From assembly GCA_048013815.1 (NCBI GenBank), contig CM106585.1:13578001-13642000 (forward strand): a stretch of DNA of 64,000 bases, in the 5' to 3' direction. Position numbers and translations under genes: made by a program. Below are positions 23,890 through 37,300 of the stretch, piece after piece. The DNA comes from Setoptus koraiensis (taxonomy: Eukaryota; Animalia; Arthropoda). Positions within the stretch are counted from its first letter, which is position 1; every line of letters starts with the position of its first letter. Below the pieces are notes generated by a model, which saw only the letters and a list, made by a program, of their open reading frames with translations, was not told the origin of the DNA and made no database searches.

Positions 23890-24422
23890 CCAGATGCTAT
23901 AACTTTGTAGAGTTTAATTATTTATTTGTGAAACGCTTTATTTAAAAAAGAAATTCCCCTGTAAATTGTTCATATCGTCTTATTCTAGAAGTCGTCAAGT
24001 CAACTTATTGAAAAAAGACCTGGGTTTCCTGAGAAGGTTACCAAACAAGGTGTGCCCAATATTTGCTTCTCTCCACAAGATTAGAGCAAGAGAAACTTGA
24101 TATGAAAACAAAACTTGCGATCTTGATGAAAGAATATTACTAGTAACTAGTGATGCCAAATGATCGCATCCGATTGTTTAATGTGATGCTGTCATAAGCA
24201 TGTGGACTGCAACAAGCCCATAAACTTGTTTCGCTGCCAGATCTGCCTAATCATCATGGAATCAGCTGACTTACGAACTGCCGAACCATGGCTTCATCTA
24301 CACAAGATCTTCTCTACGACCACGATGAACACCTTTGTTGAAATACAAAGATCGTGAGGATTCGTGGATACATTGTTTCTAATTATTAATCCACCGAGAT
24401 ACATGGTAAACAAAAACTCAAC

Positions 24423-25430
24423 ATGTTTTCTCCTCATATCCAATCGGATCTGCTAATTCTAATATTATGTTCGTGCTATTTTGTCGAGTGTAATCAAAGA
24501 TTTATGAGTAGTCATGGAAAATTCCACGACGACGATCACCACGAGGGTCAAATACCACCGCCAACGCATGACAGTTTAACACCGGACAAGTCTGATATTC
24601 AACAAGCCTTGAGAGATGCATTCACTGACGGACTGGACGCGGATCACGATGGCAGAGTTAGTGATACGGAGCTGAATATGTGGCTTGGAAAGTTGCACCT
24701 CAAAGTACTTGAGGCCGATATTGAGAAACAATGGAGATTTTACGATCCTATGGAACAGGACGTTCATTCATGGGAAGGTTACTTACCTGAGAAAAAACAA
24801 GTACTTAGCTGGGATAGCTTTTTCAATTTAACTTATCCTGAATTGGTCGGTATCCATTTGAGTGACATAGACAAAGGTGATAAACACTTACAGGAACTGA
24901 AGATGTTGGCCACTAGGTCTGAGGGTAGATGGAGAAACGCCGATGAGAATGGAGATACGCTACTCACAAAGGATGAATTTAGGCTTATGATACATCCAGA
25001 GGAGGGAAACGATCGCACCAAAGAACTATTCTTGAACGAGGCCATCGAGGATATGGACCTCGACAAGAACAAGAACGTTAGCTTGGACGAGTTCATCGGG
25101 CATATCAAAACAATCGCGGCTGAGGATACAAAGACTAGCGAATGGATTGAGGGACAGAAGAACAATTTCAACAACTATTTGGACAAGAACAAAGACTCTG
25201 TTCTTGACCAAGCAGAGCTTAAAAATTGGCTTGTGCCAGAACCCGATGAGCGCCATCTTATGGAGGTACAACGTCTCTTTGCAGTAGGCGACACTAATGA
25301 GGATAAATTCCTATCGAAGGATGAAATACTTGAAAATTTTGATCAATTTGCTGCTATACTACCGCCGGAGTACTGGACCAGATACAACGATCATACGACA
25401 GTATCTTACTCATCCTACGACGAATTGTGA
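24423..25430 (+). CDS. CREC-family multi-EF-hand protein (calumenin/reticulocalbin-like)
   Basis: Signal peptide, several EF-hand loops (DADHDGRVSDTE, DENGDTLLTKDE, DLDKNKNVSLDE, DKNKDSVLDQAE, DTNEDKFLSKDE) and C-terminal YDEL ER-retrieval signal. Confidence 0.88.
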   Translation: MFSPHIQSDLLILILCSCYFVECNQRFMSSHGKFHDDDHHEGQIPPPTHDSLTPDKSDIQQALRDAFTDGLDADHDGRVSDTELNMWLGKLHLKVLEADIEKQWRFYDPMEQDVHSWEGYLPEKKQVLSWDSFFNLTYPELVGIHLSDIDKGDKHLQELKMLATRSEGRWRNADENGDTLLTKDEFRLMIHPEEGNDRTKELFLNEAIEDMDLDKNKNVSLDEFIGHIKTIAAEDTKTSEWIEGQKNNFNNYLDKNKDSVLDQAELKNWLVPEPDERHLMEVQRLFAVGDTNEDKFLSKDEILENFDQFAAILPPEYWTRYNDHTTVSYSSYDEL

Positions 25431-26083
25431 TTGACTTGAAGAATCTTATTATTCCACTACTTTTCTTACTAGATATAGACTTATAGGCTACTTCCGGACA
25501 TCTCAGAAAATGAAGATTATCATCTCACAGAACTACACTTGATGAATAAAATAGCTGAAGATAGATACAGCTATATTTCGCGGGGACATTCGTCATGCTT
25601 CTCGTTAGATCTCATTAAACTTATTTTGTCAAGATAGTTGAACCCAACTTTTGATTTATGGCGAATATTGTCGATAGGTTGCTCGATTCATTTCCTTCAT
25701 ACTTATTTGACATGTGTCTAACAGGGTAAATAGTCAGCTACAACAGAACAGTCCGTTTAGTTGAGGACGTATGCAAAAGGTCCAGACATACAATTAGTGG
25801 ACTATCCATAATCCGATTCAAATGATAATACATAGGACATGAGAGGATCAATCGTGCTTTATATTTTTGTACATTAGTTTTGTTTTTTTTTTGTTTTTTG
25901 TTTTGATTGATCTTGAAGACATCGTTGGTTGTTAATGATGATTGTTAATTTTCCTGATGACGTTGTATCTGATTTAAAACAGAGTTGTGATCAGCTTGAT
26001 ATGATTCCTGAATCACCGTAACTTGATTATGAGGGTTGCATGTGTCGTGGGGATTGAGCTCAAACATAAAATTACACATTGAT

Positions 26084-27730
26084 TTAATCCTTTGGTTTGA
26101 TTAAATCTATTTTGTCGTATATCAAGCCATTGAGACCTATCCGTTTGAGCTCTTTGATAACTTGAGGGGAGTTGATGTCGTTACCCCATGAGTAAACCAA
26201 AAGATCTCTGTCCTTGGCATATCTTACCAGATATTGATTGATATTATCGGACCGAGGGTTGATACCAGCCAAATCAAAAGCCTGGGCAAAGTGGATACCA
26301 TTCTTTACCGTTTTTGTTCTGGGATCGTTGTAACGCAAACTGTCACCAGTGGTCAAGAATAGGACAGGGAAGCTATTTTGCTTCAATCGCAACATAATCG
26401 CTATATCAGCATCAAATGTGGATAAAATTATGCGCCGAGAGTTGTGATGATTCATGATACAACTAAGAATCTTGTCAACGAAATCGTTCACCTCTCTGGT
26501 CCTATTTGCCTGCCATTTACCATTGTCCAATAATTGCGGCCATTTGATTTCGATGTTCATACAACAAGATGGCTCCACATAGTCTAAAACATCAGCCAGA
26601 GTGGGAAAAGGTCTGTTCATTTTCGGTTGTCCTGGTATTTGAAGAGTGTAATGTTCACCACCCTCCTGATGTAAAGCAAGAACTTTGAACTGCTGCAACT
26701 GCTCAACAGTAAATTCATCAACTTGCACTCTAGATCCGTCAATATCGAAATTGGTATCTAGTGCTGCTGGAGCTAGAGGCATATCAAAATCGTGATAAAC
26801 AACAGGTACTCCATCATTGGATACAAAAACGTCCAACTCCACCATGTCGGCTCCATGCCTGGCAGCATAATTAAATGAAGCTATGGTGTTCTCAACGATT
26901 CCATCGGACAAATCGGCTCTTCTTCCAACACCCAATCCCCTGTGGCCCGCGTCGAGTTGTTTTGACAGTAGCCATTCAGGCAGTGGGGATTTTTGACCAT
27001 AGCCGATAGGGTCTGTGACAACCAGATAATCAGTTTGAAAAGTTCCAATCGGGACTGATTTAGATGTGCCGATGATACGAGCCTTCTGAGTTCCCTGGGT
27101 GGAATTTTTGGGATCAATGTGGAGATAGGCAGTTCCAATTATCTTTGGTTCGCGATCCATGTGGTTACTGACGCTCAAATCAACAGCAATGACTCCCACT
27201 CTTGAACTATCCATGGGTGAAGTCATGAAAGTAGAGAAATCTCGCTTGTTAAAAGTCTGACCGAAAGAGCTTTGCTTGTGAAACCTGCTATGATCGGTTT
27301 CCCTGGGTGGTTGTTCCAGTATGAAAACTTTCATGTTGTCCTCGTCAGTTTTGTTATGCTCTTCGTGATTGTTAGCCATCCTGAATTTGTAACGAATAAT
27401 GGGATAGCCGTCATCATAGGAGTTGCCACTTCTTGAGGTAGCATTGATTTCCTTGCTGAAACTGTCATCGTCTAAATCACTTCGACTGCTACAACTATCC
27501 GCGCTGCTAATGGTGCTCAAACTATTGATGCTGCTACTCAGAGATGAATGATAAGCTGCTTTCTTGAGTAGAAACTCCTCTTCCAAAGTAGATTTGCCAA
27601 GCTTGATATCCTTCAATTGATCTGGCCACAATTTAATAGCTTGCTGGCCGTGTATCTTGAATATGGCCAAATATGTAAGTGACTGTTTCTTGGACCCCCC
27701 ATTACGACACTCGCTGCTGCTGTTGACCAT
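26084..27730 (-). CDS. GPCPD1: Glycerophosphocholine phosphodiesterase GPCPD1/GDE5-like
   Basis: GDPD motifs AGHRGLG, ENTIASF, VELDVFVSNDGVPVVYHD, FPTL, NIEIK, STFDAD, GLIYDKI. First ATG at 27730 after an in-frame stop; an unseen upstream exon cannot be excluded. Confidence 0.85.
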   Translation of the reverse strand: MVNSSSECRNGGSKKQSLTYLAIFKIHGQQAIKLWPDQLKDIKLGKSTLEEEFLLKKAAYHSSLSSSINSLSTISSADSCSSRSDLDDDSFSKEINATSRSGNSYDDGYPIIRYKFRMANNHEEHNKTDEDNMKVFILEQPPRETDHSRFHKQSSFGQTFNKRDFSTFMTSPMDSSRVGVIAVDLSVSNHMDREPKIIGTAYLHIDPKNSTQGTQKARIIGTSKSVPIGTFQTDYLVVTDPIGYGQKSPLPEWLLSKQLDAGHRGLGVGRRADLSDGIVENTIASFNYAARHGADMVELDVFVSNDGVPVVYHDFDMPLAPAALDTNFDIDGSRVQVDEFTVEQLQQFKVLALHQEGGEHYTLQIPGQPKMNRPFPTLADVLDYVEPSCCMNIEIKWPQLLDNGKWQANRTREVNDFVDKILSCIMNHHNSRRIILSTFDADIAIMLRLKQNSFPVLFLTTGDSLRYNDPRTKTVKNGIHFAQAFDLAGINPRSDNINQYLVRYAKDRDLLVYSWGNDINSPQVIKELKRIGLNGLIYDKIDLIKPKD

Positions 27731-30710
27731 TTTGCTAATTTTCTTTGACGTTTTGTCCAAAATGGGAATCCAAATTCAACTTGTAGATATTGTCAGTGCT
27801 GAATAATCAATAAGTGCTGATGGTGCTGTGTAGGTGTGTAACTTGGCTCAGGTTAGGAATGGATGCCCAGGTGTTTTTGGATAGTAATAAATGGGCGCTA
27901 GTGTTTGTGAAGTTCTCAAATAGAATAGATTTCCAGAATTAGAGGGATGGGATCTGTGGGTATAGTGGGTTCTTGGGGGACTGTCTCTGGTGTTGGTGGT
28001 TGCTTGTTAAATGGCTCAAGTAAATATTATCCTGACGTTTCTTAAGACTTAACCTAGAAACTTGATTGTATCGCTAGATGATATTCTCGAATTGGTTATA
28101 GCTTTGATTATTACTAATCAAAGTATGCATGATTAGATTATTATTATTATTTGTCGCTTGTCTATTGGTGAGTTTAATTTCCATAATTTGACTTTAGAGG
28201 GAATTTTTAATTTATAATCTTTTGGTTTACTTGTGTTGATTATGATTTATACTTTTAATGGTGGTAGCTATTAATGATGTTGAGATATTTATACGAGCTT
28301 ACAAGGTGACTTTCTTACAATCCAAGTTGAGAGTCTCTCTATATCTATCTTATCTGTATATATCTCTGTCTATGTACATGTGTGTATTATTATTATTATT
28401 ATTATGGCCTACGACCAAAAATACTATGGGCACAAGCAGCAGTAGTAATGATAACGATAATGGCAAGATTATAATCAGGGTTGATTGATGTAAAGTAGTA
28501 GTAGTTGATGACGAGACTAGAGACGAGACGTATACGTGTGCGACAATGATTGTATCGTGAAGGCCCTGGCAAGGCTGTAGCATAGTAACCAAAGTAGATA
28601 GGCTCTTCTCCACCAATTCAGTGCTGCTGTCTATAGGCTCGGTAGCGTAGAGAAGCGTATGAGATAGGACCTATTAACCGATACATTTGACTCGCGCGAA
28701 GTTCAAAAGATAATAAACAAAATTCGGCGCGCGGATATTTCATCATCAGTATGCGTAGTGGTCTAGACAAATATTATTGTTATTATGTATTTCGACAGAA
28801 ACAACGATAATAATCGAAAACATCATCATCATCATCGTGTCATATCGGCCCTCGTGTGCATACCGCATAGATTGTCATTTGCGTTGCACATTTCATTTCG
28901 GCCATCGAGATCCACAATCAACTAGTCGGCCGGCCGGCCGACCAGCCAGATAGACACGATACTCTTCAGGGTGATCTAGTGGTTGTTGTTGTAGTTGTTG
29001 TTGTTGTTGTTTTAGATGGCGCTGTTATCGTCTAGAATCTAGATGTAGTCAATAAACTTGATTGTGTCCCCAGAATGATACCACGGGTACCACCCAGATA
29101 CATATTTTGCCGCCAGTTACAATAGGCCGGTTGTGGGTGGAATTCTGCCGATTGATTGTATCAGATGTTTCTTTTCGACAAAGGACGCGAGATAAAACAG
29201 TTCGCCAGTTGTGGTGGTGGCGGTTGTTGTTGTTTTTCACATGCCCATGTCACGATGAAAATGGAATGCCGATAAGATTATCGTAATAGAAGTAATCGAC
29301 TAGTGTCGCTTAGATAACATAGATGCTGATAATTGATAATTACAAGTATAGACACTTGATCGTTCTCATTGCTGTTGTCTAGGGCTCATTCGACAATCAT
29401 ACAACAACAACCATAAAAGTATCATTGACGATCTATGAACAAATAAATAACACCCGTCGATCTTTATTTTCAGGCAAGATTAGATTACATGCACTTGTCT
29501 TGTTTATAATTTTTGTATGTAGATCATTCGTTTTGTTGTTGTCGTTATTTGGTGTTTGTGTTCGTTTTCGTGCAATACACAAAAACAATCTGGTAAATAT
29601 ACAAACAATGGAGTGTGCAAAACAACTTCTTCCTTTAGTTTAATTAGAATCATCCAATGATGATAACTAGCGACAGCTACAAAGCTATCTAGTTATATCT
29701 TGCAAGATTCACGAATTGATTTGATTCCCCCCATAACTCATACTCAAATACCTTCCGATACATTTGCAATGCCCAACAATACCATGATGGCGATGGCGAT
29801 GGCGATGGTGATGGCGAGATATGAGAAAAAGAACTAGACAATTGGGTGCCTTATCAATGCGCAATCAACAATGCCACAAAGCTTCATCAAAGTGTTAGTT
29901 ATTCCAATCAATTATTCTTAGTAAGCCATTCGTGCTAATTTGATTTGGATCTTCTTATACACAGTGGCAAAGTGAGAAAGCATCGAGTATAGAGGAAGTA
30001 ATGTAATTGTCTATTTCACAAATCTACATTGTTCATATCATTAATTGGCGGTGAATCTTTTAATGATATCAACCACACCCTTCAAAGGAATAAGCGATCT
30101 CTTTACCATCCTATCTTTACTCACCTATTGGCTGTCACTTTATATAGAGAGTCTTTCTGTTTCGAGCAGATCCGCATTGCTCGCCTGCCTTTATTTGGCG
30201 GTGACTCTTTTTATCAATCCTATTTTTGTTATGTCGCTCTGCATTGGATGACAGTATGAGATGATTTACCCTATCCTTACTCACCTATTGGAGCGTCTTC
30301 CTAATCATCCGAGTACACATGACCAACAACTTACTCAATTACTACTTGTAGTGACTTCTGTTTAGTTGGTATCGGAATAAGATCGCTTAACAAAGGGATG
30401 ACAGTATGAACATAATGCATAAGCTCCAACCCCTAATGCGGATATGTCTTTTTGCTGTTCACATGATGTTTGAGGCCAGAACAACTTGTGATCTGTCTGT
30501 CTGTTTGTCTGTCTCTGTCTCTCTCTACATATTTCTCAATCGCTACATAATCTGTAACTGTTGCCACTATACTATTGATGGATAATAATCTTGATATTCG
30601 ATATAAATATACAATGTATAGTTATATCGGTACTAATTGATGAAACAAAGTGGCTGAGAATGCGGTAGTTAGTTGATGTGAACAATCATCATTATCATAT
30701 AATTGTGACA

Positions 30711-31910
30711 ATGAAGTTTGTTATACCAATTACCGCAGCTACAAGCTCAATAGATGACACCAGTTCAGATTATCAACAGGTCAATTATTTAATTAAATCC
30801 AGTCCAAAAGCGAACAATTACCTAATAACTCATGCAACAGCTACCAGCGCCATTAATGACCAGCGTCATGCAACCATGTCATCGGCTCCATTATCAAGCA
30901 CTTCAAGTGGCTTGCATCAAGCGGAGCCTGCTGAATCGTCTATGCAAGCATCATTCACGAATAACATGTTAATTAATAGTGATGATTTCCGAATATTTGA
31001 ATATGACAATTATGCTAACGATTATGATAACTATGATGAGTTTCAGAATCAGTTGTATCTCGATGATAATCAAAATCATCATACAACAAGTAGCAATAAT
31101 TCAGAGATGACGTCACCAGTGTCTGATGATTGTTCCATCGGCTATGGACAATGTTCGTGCAAATTCACCACTGGTCAATTAGGATACAATTACTATGATC
31201 ATAATCAGCAGCATCAACAGGAAATCAACCAATCCGGGGATGCGAATAATCATCATGTCGGCAACAATTACAATAGCAATAGCGATGATCTTGTTTATGC
31301 AACAACTGACACGGCTAGCTGTTCTGTGATGTCAATCTATGACCTAGATCGTAACGAGTCCCTCGGTGGTGGCTCGAATGGAGCAGATGACGCAGACGAT
31401 TCCCAATCTAATTGTAGCACAGAGTTGCTGGATAGCCCTGTCAGCAATGGGTTGGCAGGGACAAGCAACAAAATGGACAATGATTATAATAATAACAATG
31501 ATGATTCGTTTAATAATAGCCTAGCTATCAGCAACAGTAATTGGAGCATGTCGGAGTTTGTGTCGAAAGTGAGAAAACACACTAAATTGGAGCCAGCTAT
31601 TTTGGAATTATTATCTCAGTTAACCGATAATGAATTGATCAAATTGAACATACGCGATCTAAACAAACGCTTGGATGGGGCGCCCGATGAGCTGATAAAC
31701 AAACTGAAGCATCGTAGACGCACATTGAAGAATCGCGGCTACGCTCAAAATTGTCGCTTCCGTCGTCTACGAGTGCGAGTGGAATTGGAGAATCTGAATA
31801 AAGATCTTAAAGAGCGAATAAGAAGATTGGAGGCGTTAAATTTGGAGTTGATACAAAAATTAGAATCTAAAAGTAAGTTGGTTACAATGCTGAGGGGTCA
31901 GCGTAATTGA
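30711..31910 (+). CDS. Large Maf bZIP transcription factor (traffic jam-like), intronless
   Basis: Extended homology region LTDNELIKLNIRDLNKRL and basic region KLKHRRRTLKNRGYAQNCR, then a leucine zipper; long N/D/S-rich N-terminus. First ATG at 30711. Confidence 0.88.
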   Translation: MKFVIPITAATSSIDDTSSDYQQVNYLIKSSPKANNYLITHATATSAINDQRHATMSSAPLSSTSSGLHQAEPAESSMQASFTNNMLINSDDFRIFEYDNYANDYDNYDEFQNQLYLDDNQNHHTTSSNNSEMTSPVSDDCSIGYGQCSCKFTTGQLGYNYYDHNQQHQQEINQSGDANNHHVGNNYNSNSDDLVYATTDTASCSVMSIYDLDRNESLGGGSNGADDADDSQSNCSTELLDSPVSNGLAGTSNKMDNDYNNNNDDSFNNSLAISNSNWSMSEFVSKVRKHTKLEPAILELLSQLTDNELIKLNIRDLNKRLDGAPDELINKLKHRRRTLKNRGYAQNCRFRRLRVRVELENLNKDLKERIRRLEALNLELIQKLESKSKLVTMLRGQRN

Positions 31911-34333
31911 TGATGATGAGACTTCGAAGAAGCTCATGCGAAGAGATGGCGTGATTGCGATGATTAACTGGATTGCTACTCAGACAAGAGAAAAAAACAA
32001 AGCCTGCCCGATCAACTGCTTTTATACACACACTCACACACACTTAAACTATACGCTTTACAAAACTTAACAATGTGTCTTATGTAACTACTGGCCACAA
32101 TAAACATCATCTCATTTGCATAATATGCATTACATGCGTTAATAGTATCACCTGTTGGCTCTTAGTGGGCGCACTTCGTTTCGTTGGCTTGTGACAGTGA
32201 CATGAATTATGTGCGCAATGTTACGACGGCAGCAATGATCTCTGCCCGTGTTGTGAGCAGTTTAGGCGATGGTCGAAATAAAACAACTATCGTCCGATTA
32301 ATAATCCCTGATTTTAATGCCTGATGGCACCCTTTGTTCGTTGCGCCGCCAGCCAGCCCAAACGAACGAGATCCAATGAGAGAATGCAACGAAGAGCACA
32401 ATGACACGGCCACATTGAAATGTATACCTGTTGTAATAATAGTACCGTTGCGTGCCATCGATGTACTTTGTTGGTTGTTGCGTAACTGTGTTGGTTAGTC
32501 ATTATGTTCATTTAGGTATATTCGCACACTATTGTGGCGACGCCGCTGCCACAAACAACAGAAACAGCACATCATATCATATCATTTTTGTTTGTTAGTT
32601 AGTCTGTTTGTGGCAACGGCGGCTCCATCATGACGGAAGTGGATGATGTCATAATACAAATAAACAAAATAATTGCACACTACTCAGCGGGCACCGCAAA
32701 CGACGACGACAACGACGACGACTACGGCGACAATTGAATTGAATAGAAGATATCTAATCTCTGCCAGGCCATCTCTCTATTGTTGCTGGCCTGCGACCTA
32801 GTCACCAGCCAGCCAGCCAGCCAGCTAGATTTATGGCGTGCAGGGCCTCAATAAGTCATGCGAGGAACAGAGTGGAAAAGAGAGTCAGACGGCAACCAGT
32901 TTTGTTCACGACTAATTGAACGGAGGAATGACTCCGGCTAGAACAGTGTGCGGTTGGCGTTATTGTCATGTAGATTTTGATTAATATCATCAGTGCGGTA
33001 CAATGGGCGCCGCCCAAGTATTACCGCGCAGGGTGACATTTGTTGCAGTTGTTGTTGCACTAGTTGCTTTATTTGATCTCTCTGTCTCGTTTATTCATCG
33101 TATCCATTTACACTGTAATTTAGCCGTTGGTTTTATCCGCTGATTAGCGTTTTGTTTGTTTGTTTGTTCGTTGGGTCGTTATTTCGCTCGTTCGTTCGCT
33201 AGTCCGTCCGTTTGTTTGGTGGCAGTTCTCAGCCATCAGATAGCTCTCACACAGAGGGTCATCGCGTCCAACGGTAGGCCTTGGTGGCACCCATCAACAA
33301 CGGGTTTGAGGTGGTCCAGTAGCCAAGAAACAAAGCGCTCTTGCACTGTGTGTAATATGTTTGCCGAATGTGATACATGGCGCTGCTGGCGGGTGTCGCT
33401 GAACGGTTCGGTTGCAGCCCATTTCGAGGTAAACTTCTCTCTAGTTCTTTCTCGAACTGTGTGTGTGTTCTGTTTGTGCAAATTATGCAAATGTGGCCCA
33501 GTAAACCCGTTCACTCACATTAGCGGAATCTTTTTTCGTCTCTTGTAGCGGCAGCTTCTTGGCCGGACACAAAGTCCTACAACAATCGTAATCAACTAAT
33601 TCTCTTGACACAATCGAACATCAATTGAAATATTAATTATCCAATTGTTACGTTATCGCGTCAACCAGTTTCCAGTGTCAAGCTTTCCAGCTTCCAGTGT
33701 CATGTATGTATCAATATATGCAATCGAGTGCCATCGATCACAAAGGTTGCTAGCCTTGAATAGTTGGTGCTCTCAAGCGTGCCTTCTAGCGCAATGAAGC
33801 TGTCGCCAACAGATGAGAATCGTCGAAAGCCAATCAATCACGAGAAGCCCAGAGAAGCCCACAAGAGAACAAAGAATCCGCCAGCACAAAGCCCCAGAAA
33901 AGTGGGCTGTCAACAAAGCCAATTGATCGCACGCAAGTTGCTGCCATAGTTTCAATCCATTTCGATAGGTTAGCAGCCAGATTTGGCACACTCACACGAT
34001 TGCAATATCATGAAATTAGCCGATAAAAGAAGCAACAAGTGTGCTTCGTCGTCGCAACTCGTTCCTAGTCCCGCCACCAGAAAACTAACCGCCAGCTCGT
34101 GTTTGCGCGCCCCCTCATGCACCCGCCACCAGAGACAATTTGTGAGCAGCAGCAGCAGCCAAACGAACGGTCGATGCCGGCCCGACAGTCGCGGCGCGTC
34201 CGCCAGAAGAACCAAGAACAATCGCACGTCAGAATCGCCAGAATCGCCGTCATCATGCAACGCAAAAGTGATCAACCAGCTCAACTGGTGCAAGTCAAAC
34301 ACAAATATTCAAGCACGACGACATTCAAATTCA

Positions 34334-37300
34334 ATGAGCAAGTGCAGCTCGAGAAGCATTTTAGCGCTGTCGTTGCTGGTCGCGATTATGGGCGCCAGCC
34401 GACAGGCGCGAGCCTTTCAGACGGTGCCCGACGGTCAGTCGACGAGCGCCTGCTTCGGCGGCCTGCAAACCTTCGAAAAGATATCCATGTCCTCGTTTGA
34501 GCCGTCGCCCATTCTGACGGCATCGTCGGGCCCGGCAGCGCCCGCCAACAGCAATCAGCAGCAGCCGCCGGCGTTCAGTCAGGCGGGCGGAATTCTCATT
34601 CAGCAAGACGATCAGGCGCTCACTAGCGAATGCGTCAACTTGTGCAAATCGCAATCCAATTGTCTGTCGTTCGTCATCGACTACAACAAATTTGAGTGCA
34701 AATCGTACGCCGTCACTCAGCAGCAACTGCAGCAACAGTGGGCCCCAAATCACGACGACACGCTCGCGAAGCGCTCGTCGAACGCCAGCCTCGCAGAATC
34801 CGCGGGCCCCGAAAATCTGGCCTCGTCCGAATCCAGCTCGCCCCCCGGCCAGCAGCAACAGCGAATGCTGCTGCCCTCGGCCTCGGCCAACTATTTCGAA
34901 AAGATCTGTCTGGCCGGAGTGGCCACCAGGCAGGAGTTTGTGCAAGTGTGCGGCCAGGACAGATTGTGGGCCGTGGAGCGCGTAGTGGACGCCTTCTTGG
35001 ACGGATTCATCGAGAAGGAAATAACCAATGTCAACACCAAGGACGAATGCTCAAAATTGTGCCTGTTCGAGGGCCAGTTCGTGTGCCGCAGCGCCGACTA
35101 CGACCAAAACAACCGCTTGTGCCGGCTGTCCAAGGAGGACAGGCGCACCCAACCGCAGGCATTCCGGACGAATCTGAGGCCCGGCATCACGGGCCGCCAT
35201 TACATAGAGAATCAGTGCGCCACGCCGGGCCCCAGCTCGTGCGTCTACGAGACAAAGCGCAACGTTGGCGTGGTCAGTATGGATGCGCTAAAGTTTGCGC
35301 AAAGTGTCAACGATTGTCAGATGAAATGTTCGCAGGAGCAAACGTTCAATTGTCGCTCCTATTCCTATCACAACAACAGGTGCTTTTTGTCGGGCGACGA
35401 CAGCGTCAGCTTGTCGTCGTTGGTCAAGCTGCCCGCCAAGACCGGTTGGCAATTTGGCGAGCGCAAGTGCGTTGTGGAATTGTGCACCAAGGGCATATTT
35501 ACCTATGAGAAGACGAGCGGTTTTATATTGCGCTCGGCGCTGTCCACCACGATAGACTTGCTGGCGTCGTCGGGTTCCGCGCACGCGGCCCGCTACAGAA
35601 TGGCGGGCCCGCTGGAGGGGAGCGACGGGCCGGCCGGGCCCGACTCCATGTCCACGGCAGAGGCCAACACAAACCGGCTGCTGCGGCGCAACTATCAGCC
35701 GCTCGACGACGAGCCGCACGCCTACGTGTCCGACGATTTGCCGCACGCGGCCGACGATACGCTGAACGCCAGCGGCTCCAGCCAGCGGCACCAGCAGCGC
35801 CCGGCGGCCAATCGCAGCTCGCTTGCCGGCCATCACAACAGCGGCAGCAACTTGGCCATCACGGGCAACTGTCGGCAAGCGTGCGACTCGGGCTACCTCA
35901 ACTGTCCGTCGTTCACCATCGACTACAAGAACAACCGGTGCCAGCGGCTCGACCGGAACTCTCAGGGTCGCCACCAGGATCTGGTGGCGCGCGACGGTCA
36001 CTCGTACTTCGAAAAGATCTGCTTGCGCGTGCCAGAGATCATGTCCATGTGCCAGGACAAATACTGGATATTTGAGCGCGTGCTCGGCTACGAGCTGGCG
36101 CCCCATTTGTACGACAAGACGCTCAAGTTTGTGTTGAGCAGGCGCGATTGCGAGGAGTATTGTCTGGAGGAGCGACAATTTCAGTGTAGGAGTGCGCTGT
36201 ACAACGACGACACAAGCGATTGCAAATTGTCCCGCACGGACAGGCGTTTGCTGGCCGGCCAAGACGGCGGCTACTATCGCAACTTCAACGCCAAGGTGAG
36301 CTACCTGGAGAATCAGTGCATTCGCAATCATCAATTGGAGCGCGATCAACAGTGCCGCTACGAGCAACCCAAGGACGAGCCCTCATATCCTACATTCACC
36401 GAGATCATTGAGCCGGCCAGCGGGGCCCCAGCGAACAATGTGAGCGCGGGCGAGCACAGCGGCCCGCACGGGCTCGCCTACTGCGAGCAGTTGTGCAACG
36501 ACAACGCCCAATTTGAGTGTCACTCTTTCGGGTATTATTCCAGCACGAATCAGTGCTTTTTGTCGGGCGACGACATGGTGTCCGTAGGCGAGTCGGCCGT
36601 CACCCTGAGTCCGGGTTTTGTTTACTACGAAAAGAAGTGTCACTCGCCGGCCGCACCGACACCGGCAACCCGACCCACCAGCACCACTGCCGCCGGGCCA
36701 ACGATCGGGCCCGTCACGAGCGGCGACAGCGCGGACGGCACCTTGGGCACGTTCACAAGCGCGCCCGTGCCCAACCTGCCGACATCGCCGGCCATTGTTA
36801 GCACCACAGGCGGCACCACGAGCGGCGCCGCAACTGGCGCGGCCGCCGGCAATCAGCCCACGGAGCAGCTCACCACAACAAGGGTGCCGCCCCCGTTGCC
36901 GCAGGTGATACCGTTGTCGGCGACCCAGCAGCAGACCAACATCAACATAAACATCAATCCAGCGTCCGGTCCGGCGCACAACCGGCCCAGCAGCGGCGCG
37001 CTTCCGGCGGCGGCGGACGGTCCCAGCGGCGGCGCGGCAGACGAATCGACACCCGGCGACAGATCGCCGCCACAGGCAGACAACGGCACCCAGGAGACGG
37101 GCGCCGACATGGACGCCGACACGTACAAATGTGGCCAGGGCAACGTGTTCACGTACCAGCGGATAGCGGGATTTGAGCCAATTGGGGGCTTTTTGACGCT
37201 GCTGCTGCACGACAACCAGCAGCCGGGCATCGTGGACGAGTGCGCCCAATTGTGCAAGCGGGCCTACGAGTGTCGCGCCTTCGTCGTGGACTACACCAGC

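Noticed and set aside
28925-28942. 18-bp perfect palindrome GTCGGCCGGCCGGCCGAC
   Set aside because: Mostly a self-complementary (GGCC)n microsatellite, so it carries little information.
33158-33185. TTTGTTCGTTGGGTCG resembles miR-375
   Set aside because: No complementary arm to form a precursor; it lies in a (TTTG)n-like tract.
34010-34333. In-frame ATG 108 codons upstream of the PAN-ZP signal peptide
   Set aside because: Low-complexity S/R-rich sequence; the signal peptide fits the ATG at 34334, so this is probably 5' UTR, though not excluded.
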